Positions 1 to 8,801 of a stretch of DNA of 60,000 bases are shown piece by piece; the first letter of the stretch is position 1, and every line of letters starts with the position of its first letter. Both the position numbers and the translations under genes were made by a program. The notes under the pieces were generated by a model, which was not told where the DNA came from, ran no database searches, and saw only the letters and a program-made list of their open reading frames with translations. Source of the stretch: Nanobdellota archaeon (GTDB lineage: Archaea; Nanobdellota; Nanobdellia; Parvarchaeales; Parvarchaeaceae); assembly GCA_021800365.1 (NCBI GenBank), contig JAJYZA010000001.1, positions 85,377 through 145,376 of the forward strand, given 5' to 3'.

Positions 1-286
1 TCGAGCCTATAGTCATTTTTTTACTAGTCTTTGATTTTAATTTGTATGCGTATATGTTCAAAGTTATTATCAGGCTAATCAGAAATGAAATCACGGCAGA
101 AGAGATAACATCAAAATAGATATAATCTCCTCCAAAATCTAGTATTCCCATCGCCGAGTTTGTAAGAAGGTAGCTGTAGATAAAGAATATTGTGGCGAAA
201 AGAACTGAAAATATCCCTGCGTAAATTCGTATTTTAAATACGTTTACCATATTTTCGAATGCATTATTATATGAAATTTTTTTCAT
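1..286 (-). CDS. membrane protein, partial (runs off the left edge)
   Basis: Manual translation from ATG at 286: MKKISYNNAFENMVNVFKIRIYAGIFSVLFATIFFIYSYLL...VISSAVISFLISLIITLNIYAY..., open to the window edge with two hydrophobic segments. Not in the ORF track. Confidence 0.7.
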   Translation of the reverse strand, partial: MKKISYNNAFENMVNVFKIRIYAGIFSVLFATIFFIYSYLLTNSAMGILDFGGDYIYFDVISSAVISFLISLIITLNIYAYKLKSKTSKKMTIGS

Positions 287-429
287 ATTTACTATGAAGG
301 GTTTATAATATAAATGCTTTTCTTTAAGTTAAGTTATGCAGAAAGCCTTCGATAATAATATCATAGATCCAAACTCCGTACTCTCTACCGCGCTCAATAT
401 TTTCACGTGGCGCTTATTTCTCTTTTTCA

Positions 430-718
430 GCATTGTCTTCTCTTGCTTCCGCTTGAGCATCCAATCGTAGATGATAGATAATAAACAATACAGAACGCAA
501 CAGACGTCGGTTATTTCCTATCCTGCACTTATAGAATGAAGAGAATGGTGCTTTATGCTTTCTTGTCTTCGCACTACTCCGCCTTTCTAATTAAAATTTT
601 TTACCCGCTTGTAATATCTGGAAACTCTTTCTTTCTCTCTTAATTTTTCGGCTTTCTCCTATACATATATATTAGTATTAAAAACGCTGCTCCGGGAATA
701 TCTTTTGGTTCCGTATTT
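430..718 (-). pseudogene. possible decayed tyrosine recombinase/integrase fragment
   Basis: Stop- and frameshift-riddled minus-strand segments (KDIPG..RRKPKN*ERKKEFPDI; KTRKHKAPFSSFYKCRIG) resemble the archaeal integrase box I region (KLPEDIL...RDKAxxSxLYESGCRIGE). Lies just downstream of the tRNA-Arg 3' end. Confidence 0.35.
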
Positions 719-798
719 TAGTGTTGATTTACTTATGTGAAGGATTATAATATAATTTTAGTCACATGTCTATTGGAAGCATTATCTCACAAATTAAT

Positions 799-873
799 TG
801 GGCCCGAAGGGATTTGAACCCCCAACCCGCAGATTAGAAGTCTGCTGCTATATCCAAGTTAAGCTACGGGCCC
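799..873 (-). tRNA. tRNA-Arg(TCT)
   Basis: GGGCCCG acceptor stem, anticodon arm GCAGA-CTTCTAA-TCTGC, T-loop GGTTCAAATCC; no encoded CCA. Confidence 0.95.
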
Positions 874-897
874 GACTAAGGATTAATATTACTTCGT

Positions 898-1050
898 TTA
901 TTTATTAACTTTGGTTCTTATTTCATCCTTATTACTCCTAAAACATGAGGCACACACAGTATAAACTTTACCATTTGTCTTCACATAATTCCCCTTTAGC
1001 TTACCTAAGAAGGTTATTTCTATCTCTTTTCCACAGAGTGTACACTTCAT
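898..1050 (-). CDS. 50-aa CxxC...CxxC zinc-finger microprotein
   Basis: MKCTLCGKEIEITFLGKLKGNYVKTNGKVYTVCASCFRSNKDEIRTKVNK*; ATGA overlap with the srp54 stop. Not in the ORF track. Confidence 0.85.
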   Translation of the reverse strand: MKCTLCGKEIEITFLGKLKGNYVKTNGKVYTVCASCFRSNKDEIRTKVNK

Positions 1051-2360
1051 AACTTTATTCCAAATCTTTTCATTAAACTAGATACTTGTTTATTATTTGA
1101 CATCTTCATTACAGTCTTTATCTTTTTATACTGGTCAATAAGCTCTCTAACGAGCTCTTCGCTATGCCCACTGCCGTTTGCGATCCTTTTCATTCTTGAA
1201 GCCGTAATGCTGTTTGGATTTTCTAGCTCTTCCTTTGTCATAGAATCCATAATATTCGTAAATTTACCAATATTTTCTCCTTGTTTCTCTATAAGTTCCT
1301 TTGTTGTTCCTGAACTCGGCATACCCGGAATTAACGAGGCCAACTTATTAATCGGGCCAAGTTTTTTTGTGCTCGTATACTGTTCATATAAGTCCATTAA
1401 ATTAAAGTCGCCTTTTATTACTTTCTTCACGCTTTCTTCGTTTACCTGTATATTTTCATCCTGTGCCTTTTTCAATACAGCTTCGAAGCCGTCTAAACCG
1501 AGTAATTTTGATACGAATTTCTTTGGATCAAATTCCTCAAGTTCGTTAAGCTTCTCTCCCGTTCCTATAAAAACTACTTTTGCTCCGCTTATATAAGCAG
1601 CTGTCAGCGCTCCTCCCCCATTAGCAGTACCGTCCGTTTTTGTAAGTATTATACTATTTATCCCAAGTAAATTATGGAATGCTTTCACTTGTATAGAAGC
1701 GTTTTGTCCTAAATCCGCGGGAAGTACAAGAGAAACGTTGGTTGGCTTAAACTCTAAGTTTATTGCCTTTATTTCTTTTACTAATTCATTATCTAGTGCG
1801 TCCCTACCAGCACTATCTGCTATTATTATATCATAGTTCTTAAATGTTGAAGCTGCAATCTTTATTATTTTAACTGGGTCTTTATCCCCTCCGACAACTT
1901 TTACATTTATTTGTTTGCTTAACTGAATCAACTGTTCATAAGCTGCAGGTCTAAAGGTATCTAATGCTAATAACAGCACGCGATAACCGCGCTTCTTATA
2001 GTAACCTGCAAGTTTCCCAGCGGTCGTTGTTTTTCCGGAACCGAACAACCCGACCAGTAGAATCTTGTAAGGTACCGTGTTTATCTCTATCCTACTTTCG
2101 TTGGAACCGAGAATATCGACTAAATTATTGTATATTACATCTATTACCCTCTCCCTGCTAAGAAGCCCCTTGCCTTTTTTTGATTTTATATCCTCTCTTA
2201 CTCTTTGTATAAAAGTATCAACGACTGCTGGATCGACATCGCCCTCCAATAATGCCTTGCGAATCTCGATAATTACTTCTTCTATTTTTTCATTTCCGGT
2301 AGAATTAAGCAGTTTTTTGATGCCTTCTTTTAGCTTATCGGCGAGACTATCAAATGCCAT
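1047..2360 (-). CDS. srp54: signal recognition particle protein SRP54
   Basis: GLFGSGKTT, DTFRPAAYEQL, DSAGR, TKTDGTANGGG; M-domain IMDSMTKEEL and RIANGSG. Confidence 0.97.
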   Translation of the reverse strand: MAFDSLADKLKEGIKKLLNSTGNEKIEEVIIEIRKALLEGDVDPAVVDTFIQRVREDIKSKKGKGLLSRERVIDVIYNNLVDILGSNESRIEINTVPYKILLVGLFGSGKTTTAGKLAGYYKKRGYRVLLLALDTFRPAAYEQLIQLSKQINVKVVGGDKDPVKIIKIAASTFKNYDIIIADSAGRDALDNELVKEIKAINLEFKPTNVSLVLPADLGQNASIQVKAFHNLLGINSIILTKTDGTANGGGALTAAYISGAKVVFIGTGEKLNELEEFDPKKFVSKLLGLDGFEAVLKKAQDENIQVNEESVKKVIKGDFNLMDLYEQYTSTKKLGPINKLASLIPGMPSSGTTKELIEKQGENIGKFTNIMDSMTKEELENPNSITASRMKRIANGSGHSEELVRELIDQYKKIKTVMKMSNNKQVSSLMKRFGIKL

Positions 2361-2375
2361 CTGATATTTTCTTCT

Positions 2376-2549
2376 CTAATCCCTTTTTACAGTTATCGGC
2401 AATACGCCTTTTTCTAGCTCGCGTTTTGCGATATCTAGATATTTATCGATTTTCTTGTCTACTTTTACTAGCGATGGTGCGCCCAATGCAAGCTGCAGGG
2501 CACGCGCCCCAATCAGTCTCGTCTTTTCAAATTTATTGTATTCTTCCAT
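2376..2549 (-). CDS. rpoK: DNA-directed RNA polymerase subunit K (Rpo6)
   Basis: Manual translation MEEYNKFEKTRLIGARALQLALGAPSLV...IAKRELEKGVLPITVKRD (57 aa) with the diagnostic GARALQ motif. Missed by the ORF track. Confidence 0.96.
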   Translation of the reverse strand: MEEYNKFEKTRLIGARALQLALGAPSLVKVDKKIDKYLDIAKRELEKGVLPITVKRD

Positions 2550-2550
2550 T

Positions 2551-3306
2551 TTAACGTTTAACTGCCTTAGTTAATAAATTCTTAACCTCTTCCTTTTTTG
2601 CAAACGCTATTCCTGCACAGTAATCCACATCCTCTGCGGTAAAAAACCCGCTGCCGCCTTTCTGCATAGAATTTATTTTTTCGCCTACGGCTATGGACAG
2701 CCTTGTGTCTGCTGCATTTTCCTCAGATACCGATGGGTCAAGTAATATTGTGTCACTTATCTTAACAAATGTATGACTAATCGCTAATTTGTCAAGATTT
2801 AATGGAAGCGGAACCTTTTCCTCGCTACCTTCTATTTTGTAAACTGCATTAACAAGCGCGCTTAAGGCTGCTATATTCGCTACATCTAAAAGATTTCCAT
2901 CGTTGTTTATGGCAAAAATATCTATATAAACAAATAAAACTTTTTTGCCAGCCTCTATAACTAATTTCTTAAGATCAATTATATTAGATTCTCTTATCCC
3001 TCTATCTGTTACCCTTCCAACCTCTACGGAGTACATTATCCTGTCAGATTCATAATTATTGGCAAGTTCAGACGCTTCAAAATTCACTATTAATCCGCCC
3101 TCATCTGCCCTGTCGGGAAAAGGCTCGCCTGGAAGGACCTTTACTCCGGCTAGCGCCTTGGTGCCCCCCAGCTCAACTAGCGCTGAGCCATCGGAATGGT
3201 TTATCACTCCTGTTTTTATAGATAAATGTCTGCGTTCATCGGATTTGCGTCCGTCCAAACGCATTTTTTTCTTCGCGATTTCTCTTATATAGTCGTAGTT
3301 ATCCAT
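2551..3306 (-). CDS. rrp42: exosome complex component Rrp42
   Basis: RLDGR, DGSALVELGGT, PFPD, RVTDRGIRES, DGNLLD, SMQKGG; operon context. Confidence 0.95.
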   Translation of the reverse strand: MDNYDYIREIAKKKMRLDGRKSDERRHLSIKTGVINHSDGSALVELGGTKALAGVKVLPGEPFPDRADEGGLIVNFEASELANNYESDRIMYSVEVGRVTDRGIRESNIIDLKKLVIEAGKKVLFVYIDIFAINNDGNLLDVANIAALSALVNAVYKIEGSEEKVPLPLNLDKLAISHTFVKISDTILLDPSVSEENAADTRLSIAVGEKINSMQKGGSGFFTAEDVDYCAGIAFAKKEEVKNLLTKAVKR

Positions 3307-3308
3307 TT

Positions 3309-4625
3309 TTATGCCCTGCCAAGTTCCTTGATAGTATTAACTAATTCTTCCATATACTCTTTGCCTATCTCGCCGCGCTTAAACAGTTTTTCTATCCTGT
3401 CGCTGTTTGACACAGTAATATTACCTCCCTCGTTTTTTGAAACTACGTCGAATGTGGTTATCTTAGCGAATTTCGGGAATATCTCCGGTTTCATAGTCAA
3501 TACCCTATCTTCAGAATCTGTTCTTTTTACCGTGACGTAATTCTTGTTTGTATCTATATAGTAACTTCTTCCGCCCCAATCGCCTCGGTTAACTACCGTA
3601 AGTGATTTTACCTCGCCATTTTCTATAACGATGTCTTCCAGTATTCCTTCTACACGATAAGAAGTACCATTTAAACGTGTAAAGGCTAGCCTATAAAGTT
3701 TATTCTTTGATGGGCCGTAACGTAATAATGTCTCATTTACTTTCTTCAACATCTCTTCATCAGAGCTTTTATCCATTAACGCCTCGGCAAAATCAGTAAG
3801 AATCGTGTACCCTGCGGATTTAAGACTATGATGATTTGGTATGGTCGGCATAACTTTCTTTCTTATGATGTCCAATCGCATTTTATCATCCTTGCTAAAA
3901 ATCGTAAAGTATTTGTCTAACCCTTCATAAAGCACTGTCGGTTCTGAACAGGCGTTGAAGCGTTCGGTTATTTCGTTTTCCTTTTGTATTAGAGAGGTTA
4001 GTTCATTACGCAATACAGATTCTTCCTTACTCTCTGCACCCTGGACCCATAAAATACCCCAGTCCTTTAAATCCATGCTACTTGCTATCTCATGTAGCTT
4101 ATCCCTGCCCTCATCAGATCGTATCCCTCTACTAGTTTTTGTAAAGCCGTTTTTTATTATTATAACATCTTCACCGAATATCCTAAGCTGTGTGGAAAGC
4201 ATTATCCTACCATCGTAAGTACCTTTTGACTGGATTAAGAGCTTTGTCCCGGGTTTAACGTAACCCCAAAAGTTCTTCATGTCCAAAACCCCCTCTTCTT
4301 CATCGGGAAGAGAAATTATTATCGATTTGGATTTTTGGTCCACGTTTTTGATTATACCGCAGTATATTCGTCCCATTTCCTCTTTGTAAAAGACACTATT
4401 TTTTAGATGCTTTTTGAGTATATCTATAACGCTGACGGGATCCGTTCCATATACGTAAACTCCTTCTTTTGTATCGATATCTTCTATCGTTATAGTAGGC
4501 GCAGATTCTCCGCTTATGTTAAGTGCTGTTTTTATAGCATCCGCTGCCTGTGTTATCTCTACGCCAGAATCTAACAGAAGTTTTGATATGGCTGTAGAAT
4601 AAATCCCTCTAACTTTCACTTTCAT
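3309..4625 (-). CDS. fau-1: FAU-1 (AubA)-family RNA-binding protein / probable ribonuclease
   Basis: N-terminal VRGIYSTAISKLL, RNase E/G-like middle (WGILW), LDxIRxxVxPTIxxHHxLK motif; degenerate DUF402-like C-terminus. Confidence 0.85.
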   Translation of the reverse strand: MKVKVRGIYSTAISKLLLDSGVEITQAADAIKTALNISGESAPTITIEDIDTKEGVYVYGTDPVSVIDILKKHLKNSVFYKEEMGRIYCGIIKNVDQKSKSIIISLPDEEEGVLDMKNFWGYVKPGTKLLIQSKGTYDGRIMLSTQLRIFGEDVIIIKNGFTKTSRGIRSDEGRDKLHEIASSMDLKDWGILWVQGAESKEESVLRNELTSLIQKENEITERFNACSEPTVLYEGLDKYFTIFSKDDKMRLDIIRKKVMPTIPNHHSLKSAGYTILTDFAEALMDKSSDEEMLKKVNETLLRYGPSKNKLYRLAFTRLNGTSYRVEGILEDIVIENGEVKSLTVVNRGDWGGRSYYIDTNKNYVTVKRTDSEDRVLTMKPEIFPKFAKITTFDVVSKNEGGNITVSNSDRIEKLFKRGEIGKEYMEELVNTIKELGRA

Positions 4626-5316
4626 TTAAAAACCTCCTTTTTAACGCCATCTTTTCTATTTCGTATATTTTAGAGGCGCCAACTTTTCCAATTTCAATTA
4701 TTTTTTTAAGATCCTCTCTACTTACCTTACCATCGAGCTGAAGAAGAACTATCTCATTCTTTGAAGGAAGGAACCCTATTGGTACATCTGTAGCACCACC
4801 TTCATGGAAATCCTCCTCCTCCTTTGTTAAGTCCAAACATATCGAGTCTCCTATTTTACCTGCGGCAACGGCAGCGACAAGATCCCTCATTGGCAAACCA
4901 GCATCTGCACATGCAATGGATGCTGCGCATAGACTGGCACACCTTGTTCCTGCATCCGCTTGGCTAACGTAAACACGTACGTCTATCATTGATCTTGGAA
5001 GCTCTTCTAATATGACTGCGCGATTTAAAGCATTAGTTATAACCTCACTTATCTCCATATCTCGCCTATCGAAACCAGGTTTTGCTCTGTCTGGTACTGA
5101 AAAAGGCATCATGTCGTATTTACACATTATTATACCCCTATCCACTTTTTCAAAGTGTTTGGGCTTAACATCCTGCGGACCGTATACTGCCGCTATCGCC
5201 TCTGTGTTACCTATTCTAAAGCGCGCACTGCCCTTGGCATTTGCAATTATTCCGCTCTCGGCTTCTATTGACCTTAACTCATCGAATTTTCTCTTATCAA
5301 ACCTTTCCTCGTACAT
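4609..5316 (-). CDS. rrp41: exosome complex exonuclease Rrp41
   Basis: AKGSA, AAVYGP, YDMMPFSV, QADAGTR, DLTKEEE; RNase PH fold. Confidence 0.96.
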   Translation of the reverse strand: MYEERFDKRKFDELRSIEAESGIIANAKGSARFRIGNTEAIAAVYGPQDVKPKHFEKVDRGIIMCKYDMMPFSVPDRAKPGFDRRDMEISEVITNALNRAVILEELPRSMIDVRVYVSQADAGTRCASLCAASIACADAGLPMRDLVAAVAAGKIGDSICLDLTKEEEDFHEGGATDVPIGFLPSKNEIVLLQLDGKVSREDLKKIIEIGKVGASKIYEIEKMALKRRFLNESES

Positions 5317-5971
5317 TTTTCAACAACTCCTTTATCTTATCCATTAAATTTGGATTATAATACTCTTTTTCTACCAGATTTACTGCTGCGAGCGCTAGCG
5401 CTTTATTATAGTCCTCTCCATTTATCCATACTATGCCATTTTGGCCTACGAGCATGTCGCAATTCGTCTCGGTCTTTATAATATTTATCATTGTTCCTTC
5501 TTTTCCTATCAATCTTGGTAACTTCATTATATCTATCTTGGCCGTAGTCCTACCAGGAAGTTTTGCATACCTGGTTCCGCGCATCGAAACATCCGCTGAA
5601 TGATTTGGGTATATCTTAAAAACGCGTACATATACTAAATCTCCTATGTCTAAGTACTTGTCTAACTCATTAGTATCTATCCGGATATTCATGTCTCTTA
5701 CGTCCAGCCTGGTATAATAGGGAGCATTTATGTCGACAACCCAATACTTACCCCCCACTTCAGTTATCTGTCCAACAACTTCATCCCCTTCCATAGGTTC
5801 ATATACACTTGTAAGGGGCTGCACACCTACGCCTTTCGGCTCAATGCGTATTACTCCGAAATATTTAGAAAATACCTTTGTACCCTCTAAGTAAGTACCA
5901 TGGCTGCCATTCCCCTCATCTGAAAGCAGCTCCCCGGGTGTCACAATGTCATGATCTTTAACGTGTATCAT
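5297..5971 (-). CDS. rrp4: exosome RNA-binding cap protein Rrp4
   Basis: VTPGE N-domain, S1 (YEPMEGDEVVGQI), KH (PRLIGKEG, GQNGIVWI). Confidence 0.95.
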   Translation of the reverse strand: MIHVKDHDIVTPGELLSDEGNGSHGTYLEGTKVFSKYFGVIRIEPKGVGVQPLTSVYEPMEGDEVVGQITEVGGKYWVVDINAPYYTRLDVRDMNIRIDTNELDKYLDIGDLVYVRVFKIYPNHSADVSMRGTRYAKLPGRTTAKIDIMKLPRLIGKEGTMINIIKTETNCDMLVGQNGIVWINGEDYNKALALAAVNLVEKEYYNPNLMDKIKELLKNVRGKV

Positions 5972-5973
5972 AT

Positions 5974-6651
5974 CTATGTCTTTTTTAGCGTTATTGTTCC
6001 ATGTGTAACGCTTTTCAATTTGCTTAACAGCTCGCCTTCATGCCCGGCTTTGACCGAGAAACTGACGCTTATTCCGCTGTCATTTCTTATATTACTTTTA
6101 ATAGCAGCTAGCCTTTTTAAATATGACAGTGCGTCGTTTGCATAAGCGAGAGGTATCTCGGCCGAGTAAGAAAATTCTCCTAGTTTTATCGGTATGATTT
6201 TTTTTAGTTTTAACAGTATGTCTTCCATTTGTTCTTTCTCTGCCTTGTTAATATCAAAATTGTGATGGATCTCTTCCATAGCAAGCTCTATCCTCTTTCG
6301 CGGTATTGGTAGATTTGTAGTCGAATCTATCGCCATTGATGCTATGCTATCGAGTATCCTATTTCTCAGCATACTCGCCTGTTTTTCCCTATAAGAACTG
6401 CTTAATTGTATTTCTCCTTTCTTGATTATTTCAAGCGCGATTTTTTTCACGTCTTCTGTTCCGAATACCTTATCGAGATTTCCCGCAACTTCTCCTTTTT
6501 TTATATCCTTGAATATTCTGTCAACAAGGAGCGCAGAATCTATGTCTGTGCTATTACCATTCTTGATAAGCATCGCCTTTTCGCAGTCAACGAAAATCTC
6601 AAATTGCTTGTCTTTTATATATAATCTAGCTATAACTCGGTCTTCCATCAC
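5974..6651 (-). CDS. sdo1: ribosome maturation protein SBDS/Sdo1
   Basis: FEIFVD, IFKDIKKG, KKGEIQL, PIPRKRIELAM; canonical position between psmA and rrp4. Confidence 0.93.
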   Translation of the reverse strand: MMEDRVIARLYIKDKQFEIFVDCEKAMLIKNGNSTDIDSALLVDRIFKDIKKGEVAGNLDKVFGTEDVKKIALEIIKKGEIQLSSSYREKQASMLRNRILDSIASMAIDSTTNLPIPRKRIELAMEEIHHNFDINKAEKEQMEDILLKLKKIIPIKLGEFSYSAEIPLAYANDALSYLKRLAAIKSNIRNDSGISVSFSVKAGHEGELLSKLKSVTHGTITLKKT

Positions 6652-6662
6652 GTCTAGTGGAC

Positions 6663-7373
6663 TTATAAATATTCAGATATTTCTTCTCTATTTAATTTCT
6701 TAAATCCAGAAGCGTCCACTACAGCTATCTCAAATCTATCTGGGTGGAGCTTTAAACCACTCGTTTTAAGAGATTTTATACCTAATTTTATCAGTGCTGG
6801 CGCATCTAGATCGCTTTTATAGCCTTCTTCTAATCCTTTGTTTATGGCAGTAGAATTTTCGCCTATTGCTACAGCCCTGTACTGGAAAAATATCCCACTG
6901 GGTTCGAGCATGAAGAGGGCTGGCTTCCCATTACGTATACCGCCGAATAAGATGCTTACCCCATATGGTCTTGCACCGCCATACTGAGTAAACGCTTGCA
7001 TATCTGCGCTTATTCTTTTTATCATAAGCAGCATATCCGCCGGTTCATTGTATGTAACCCGATAATTTTGGGCTTCAACCTGTGCTTTTTCTATAAGCGC
7101 ATGACCATCCGCAATCATTCCTGATAATGCGGTGCCTACATATTCATCTATTTTAAATATCTTTTCTATGCTATCTGCTATTATTAGTTTTTCTACCTCT
7201 GGTAATCTTTTATCGGCGACAAAAACTACGGAATCCTTTCCTACTAAGCCTATGGCCGCAGAACCTTGAGATACCGTTTTTCTTGCATACTCTACTTGCA
7301 GAAGTCTACCGTCTGGGCTAAAAAGCGTTATTGCACGATCATATCCCATTAGATCAGCTGGCATTTGTTCCAT
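6663..7373 (-). CDS. psmA: proteasome alpha subunit
   Basis: GYDRAITLFSPDGRLLQVEYA, TQYGGARPYGVS. Confidence 0.97.
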   Translation of the reverse strand: MEQMPADLMGYDRAITLFSPDGRLLQVEYARKTVSQGSAAIGLVGKDSVVFVADKRLPEVEKLIIADSIEKIFKIDEYVGTALSGMIADGHALIEKAQVEAQNYRVTYNEPADMLLMIKRISADMQAFTQYGGARPYGVSILFGGIRNGKPALFMLEPSGIFFQYRAVAIGENSTAINKGLEEGYKSDLDAPALIKLGIKSLKTSGLKLHPDRFEIAVVDASGFKKLNREEISEYL

Positions 7374-7698
7374 ATCTTGATTCCTCCAATTTTAATTTTC
7401 TTAAATTTCCGCTACTCTTTAGAGTAAGCAGGTTTGATTTATAAAACTTACCAATCAATGATAAAAGGAATATCACCTCATTAACGTAAACATTATTTAT
7501 TTTTATTACTCCGACTACATCGGATTGAGTCTTTAAACACGTTTCTTTTATCACTTTAATATTCGACCTCGTTGCCAAAAAAGGCTCTAATTTATTTAGC
7601 GTAGAAAAAATCATCTTTTCAAAGGCATCAACGGAGTCTACCTTATTTATCTTTACTAATATGTATCTTTTCTTTATGCGCACATTATCCTCGATCAA
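7354..7698 (-). CDS. pop5: RNase P protein Pop5/Rpp14-like
   Basis: KKRYILV N-terminal motif and C-terminal SGNLRKLK; canonical position upstream of psmA. The true start may be the GTG at 7683. Confidence 0.7.
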   Translation of the reverse strand: MIEDNVRIKKRYILVKINKVDSVDAFEKMIFSTLNKLEPFLATRSNIKVIKETCLKTQSDVVGVIKINNVYVNEVIFLLSLIGKFYKSNLLTLKSSGNLRKLKLEESRYGTNAS

Positions 7699-7882
7699 AC
7701 CAAGTTATTGCATATACTATACCGAATGAAACCAATATCCCTACAGCAGTAAGTACGTAAACGTTTACATTTCCACCGAAGATGCTGTCTATCCAGCTGT
7801 ATAAGAGAGACACCATCCCTATGAATATAACTAAACCGATTACTGAAAGTTCGAATATTCTTTCCCATCTTTGTTTTTGCAT
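7685..7882 (-). CDS. small two-TM membrane protein
   Basis: MQKQRWERIF followed by two hydrophobic helices. A TTAAATA box about 27 nt upstream of the ATG at 7882 favours this start over 7954. Confidence 0.7.
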   Translation of the reverse strand: MQKQRWERIFELSVIGLVIFIGMVSLLYSWIDSIFGGNVNVYVLTAVGILVSFGIVYAITWFDRG

Positions 7883-8096
7883 ACTTATAAAATCATGTAT
7901 TTTAGAGTATTTAATGATTGATGTATAGTCTGCTACCGCTTTAATAACCACCATATTAAATAACGGGTATTAGTCATGTGCCAACTTAAAATTCTACATA
8001 AAGCCAACAGTTATCGTGCGCGGTATGCCGTTTGATTAGTTTATTTAAACTTATTTAAATATGCTACGCGTTGATTAATAAAAGGAATCTTGCAGG

Positions 8097-8741
8097 ATGG
8101 AAAAGGTTAAACACGAATCTGAAATCGAAAAGACGGTATATAAAGAAAGACCTTCGGTATTCACTAACCGCAAGCTCTCGTTTTCTATTGCATTTGTCTC
8201 TGGTGCAGTTGCAATAATAGCTGCGCTATTGGTTCTATATGCTGCATGGGGTGCAATAAACTTCGATGCAACGTCATTTTACAATAGTGCACAACAATAC
8301 CTTGCTCAAGTATATCCTGGCGTAAACAATAGTAATTATACGCAGGGAATACAAGCAGTTGCGTTCCTTGCCGATTTAACCGTGGGGATAAAGAATGCGG
8401 CATTGCTTTTTACACCGCTTGTGTTGATAAGCGGGATTATGATGCTATTAGGCGCGTTTTATCTAAGAAGTAAAAACCGCAAGGCCGTGCTGTATGGAGT
8501 TATCTTCTCTGCTATATTCAGCATGTCAGCTATAGTAGGTATAGCAACATTTGTTATAGTTTCACCGCAGACGGTTTCGGTTCTATTTGGTTACCTAGGT
8601 ACTTTTTCAGGTACAAATGGTTCTATAGTTGAAATCGCGTATACACTTTTCATATTTTATATACTTCTCGGAGTACTGTCGACAATATTTGGTGCTTATC
8701 GAGTTTATTCCCTACGTGAGGGACAGAAAAACAACCTATAA
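8097..8741 (+). CDS. multi-pass membrane protein, unknown function
   Basis: 214-aa ORF with about four hydrophobic segments. Confidence 0.8.
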   Translation: MEKVKHESEIEKTVYKERPSVFTNRKLSFSIAFVSGAVAIIAALLVLYAAWGAINFDATSFYNSAQQYLAQVYPGVNNSNYTQGIQAVAFLADLTVGIKNAALLFTPLVLISGIMMLLGAFYLRSKNRKAVLYGVIFSAIFSMSAIVGIATFVIVSPQTVSVLFGYLGTFSGTNGSIVEIAYTLFIFYILLGVLSTIFGAYRVYSLREGQKNNL

Positions 8742-8801
8742 ACGACAGATATTTATTCAGAAGATGCATCAAAATGAATGTGATTTGACTGGGAGAAGCT
8801 T

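Noticed and set aside
330-720. Stop-codon reassignment explaining the broken frames
   Set aside because: TAA, TAG and TGA all terminate normal genes here, and the fragments also need frameshifts.
2354-2554. Plus-strand 66-aa ORF, or a possible SRP RNA next to srp54
   Set aside because: The minus strand encodes a clear RpoK.
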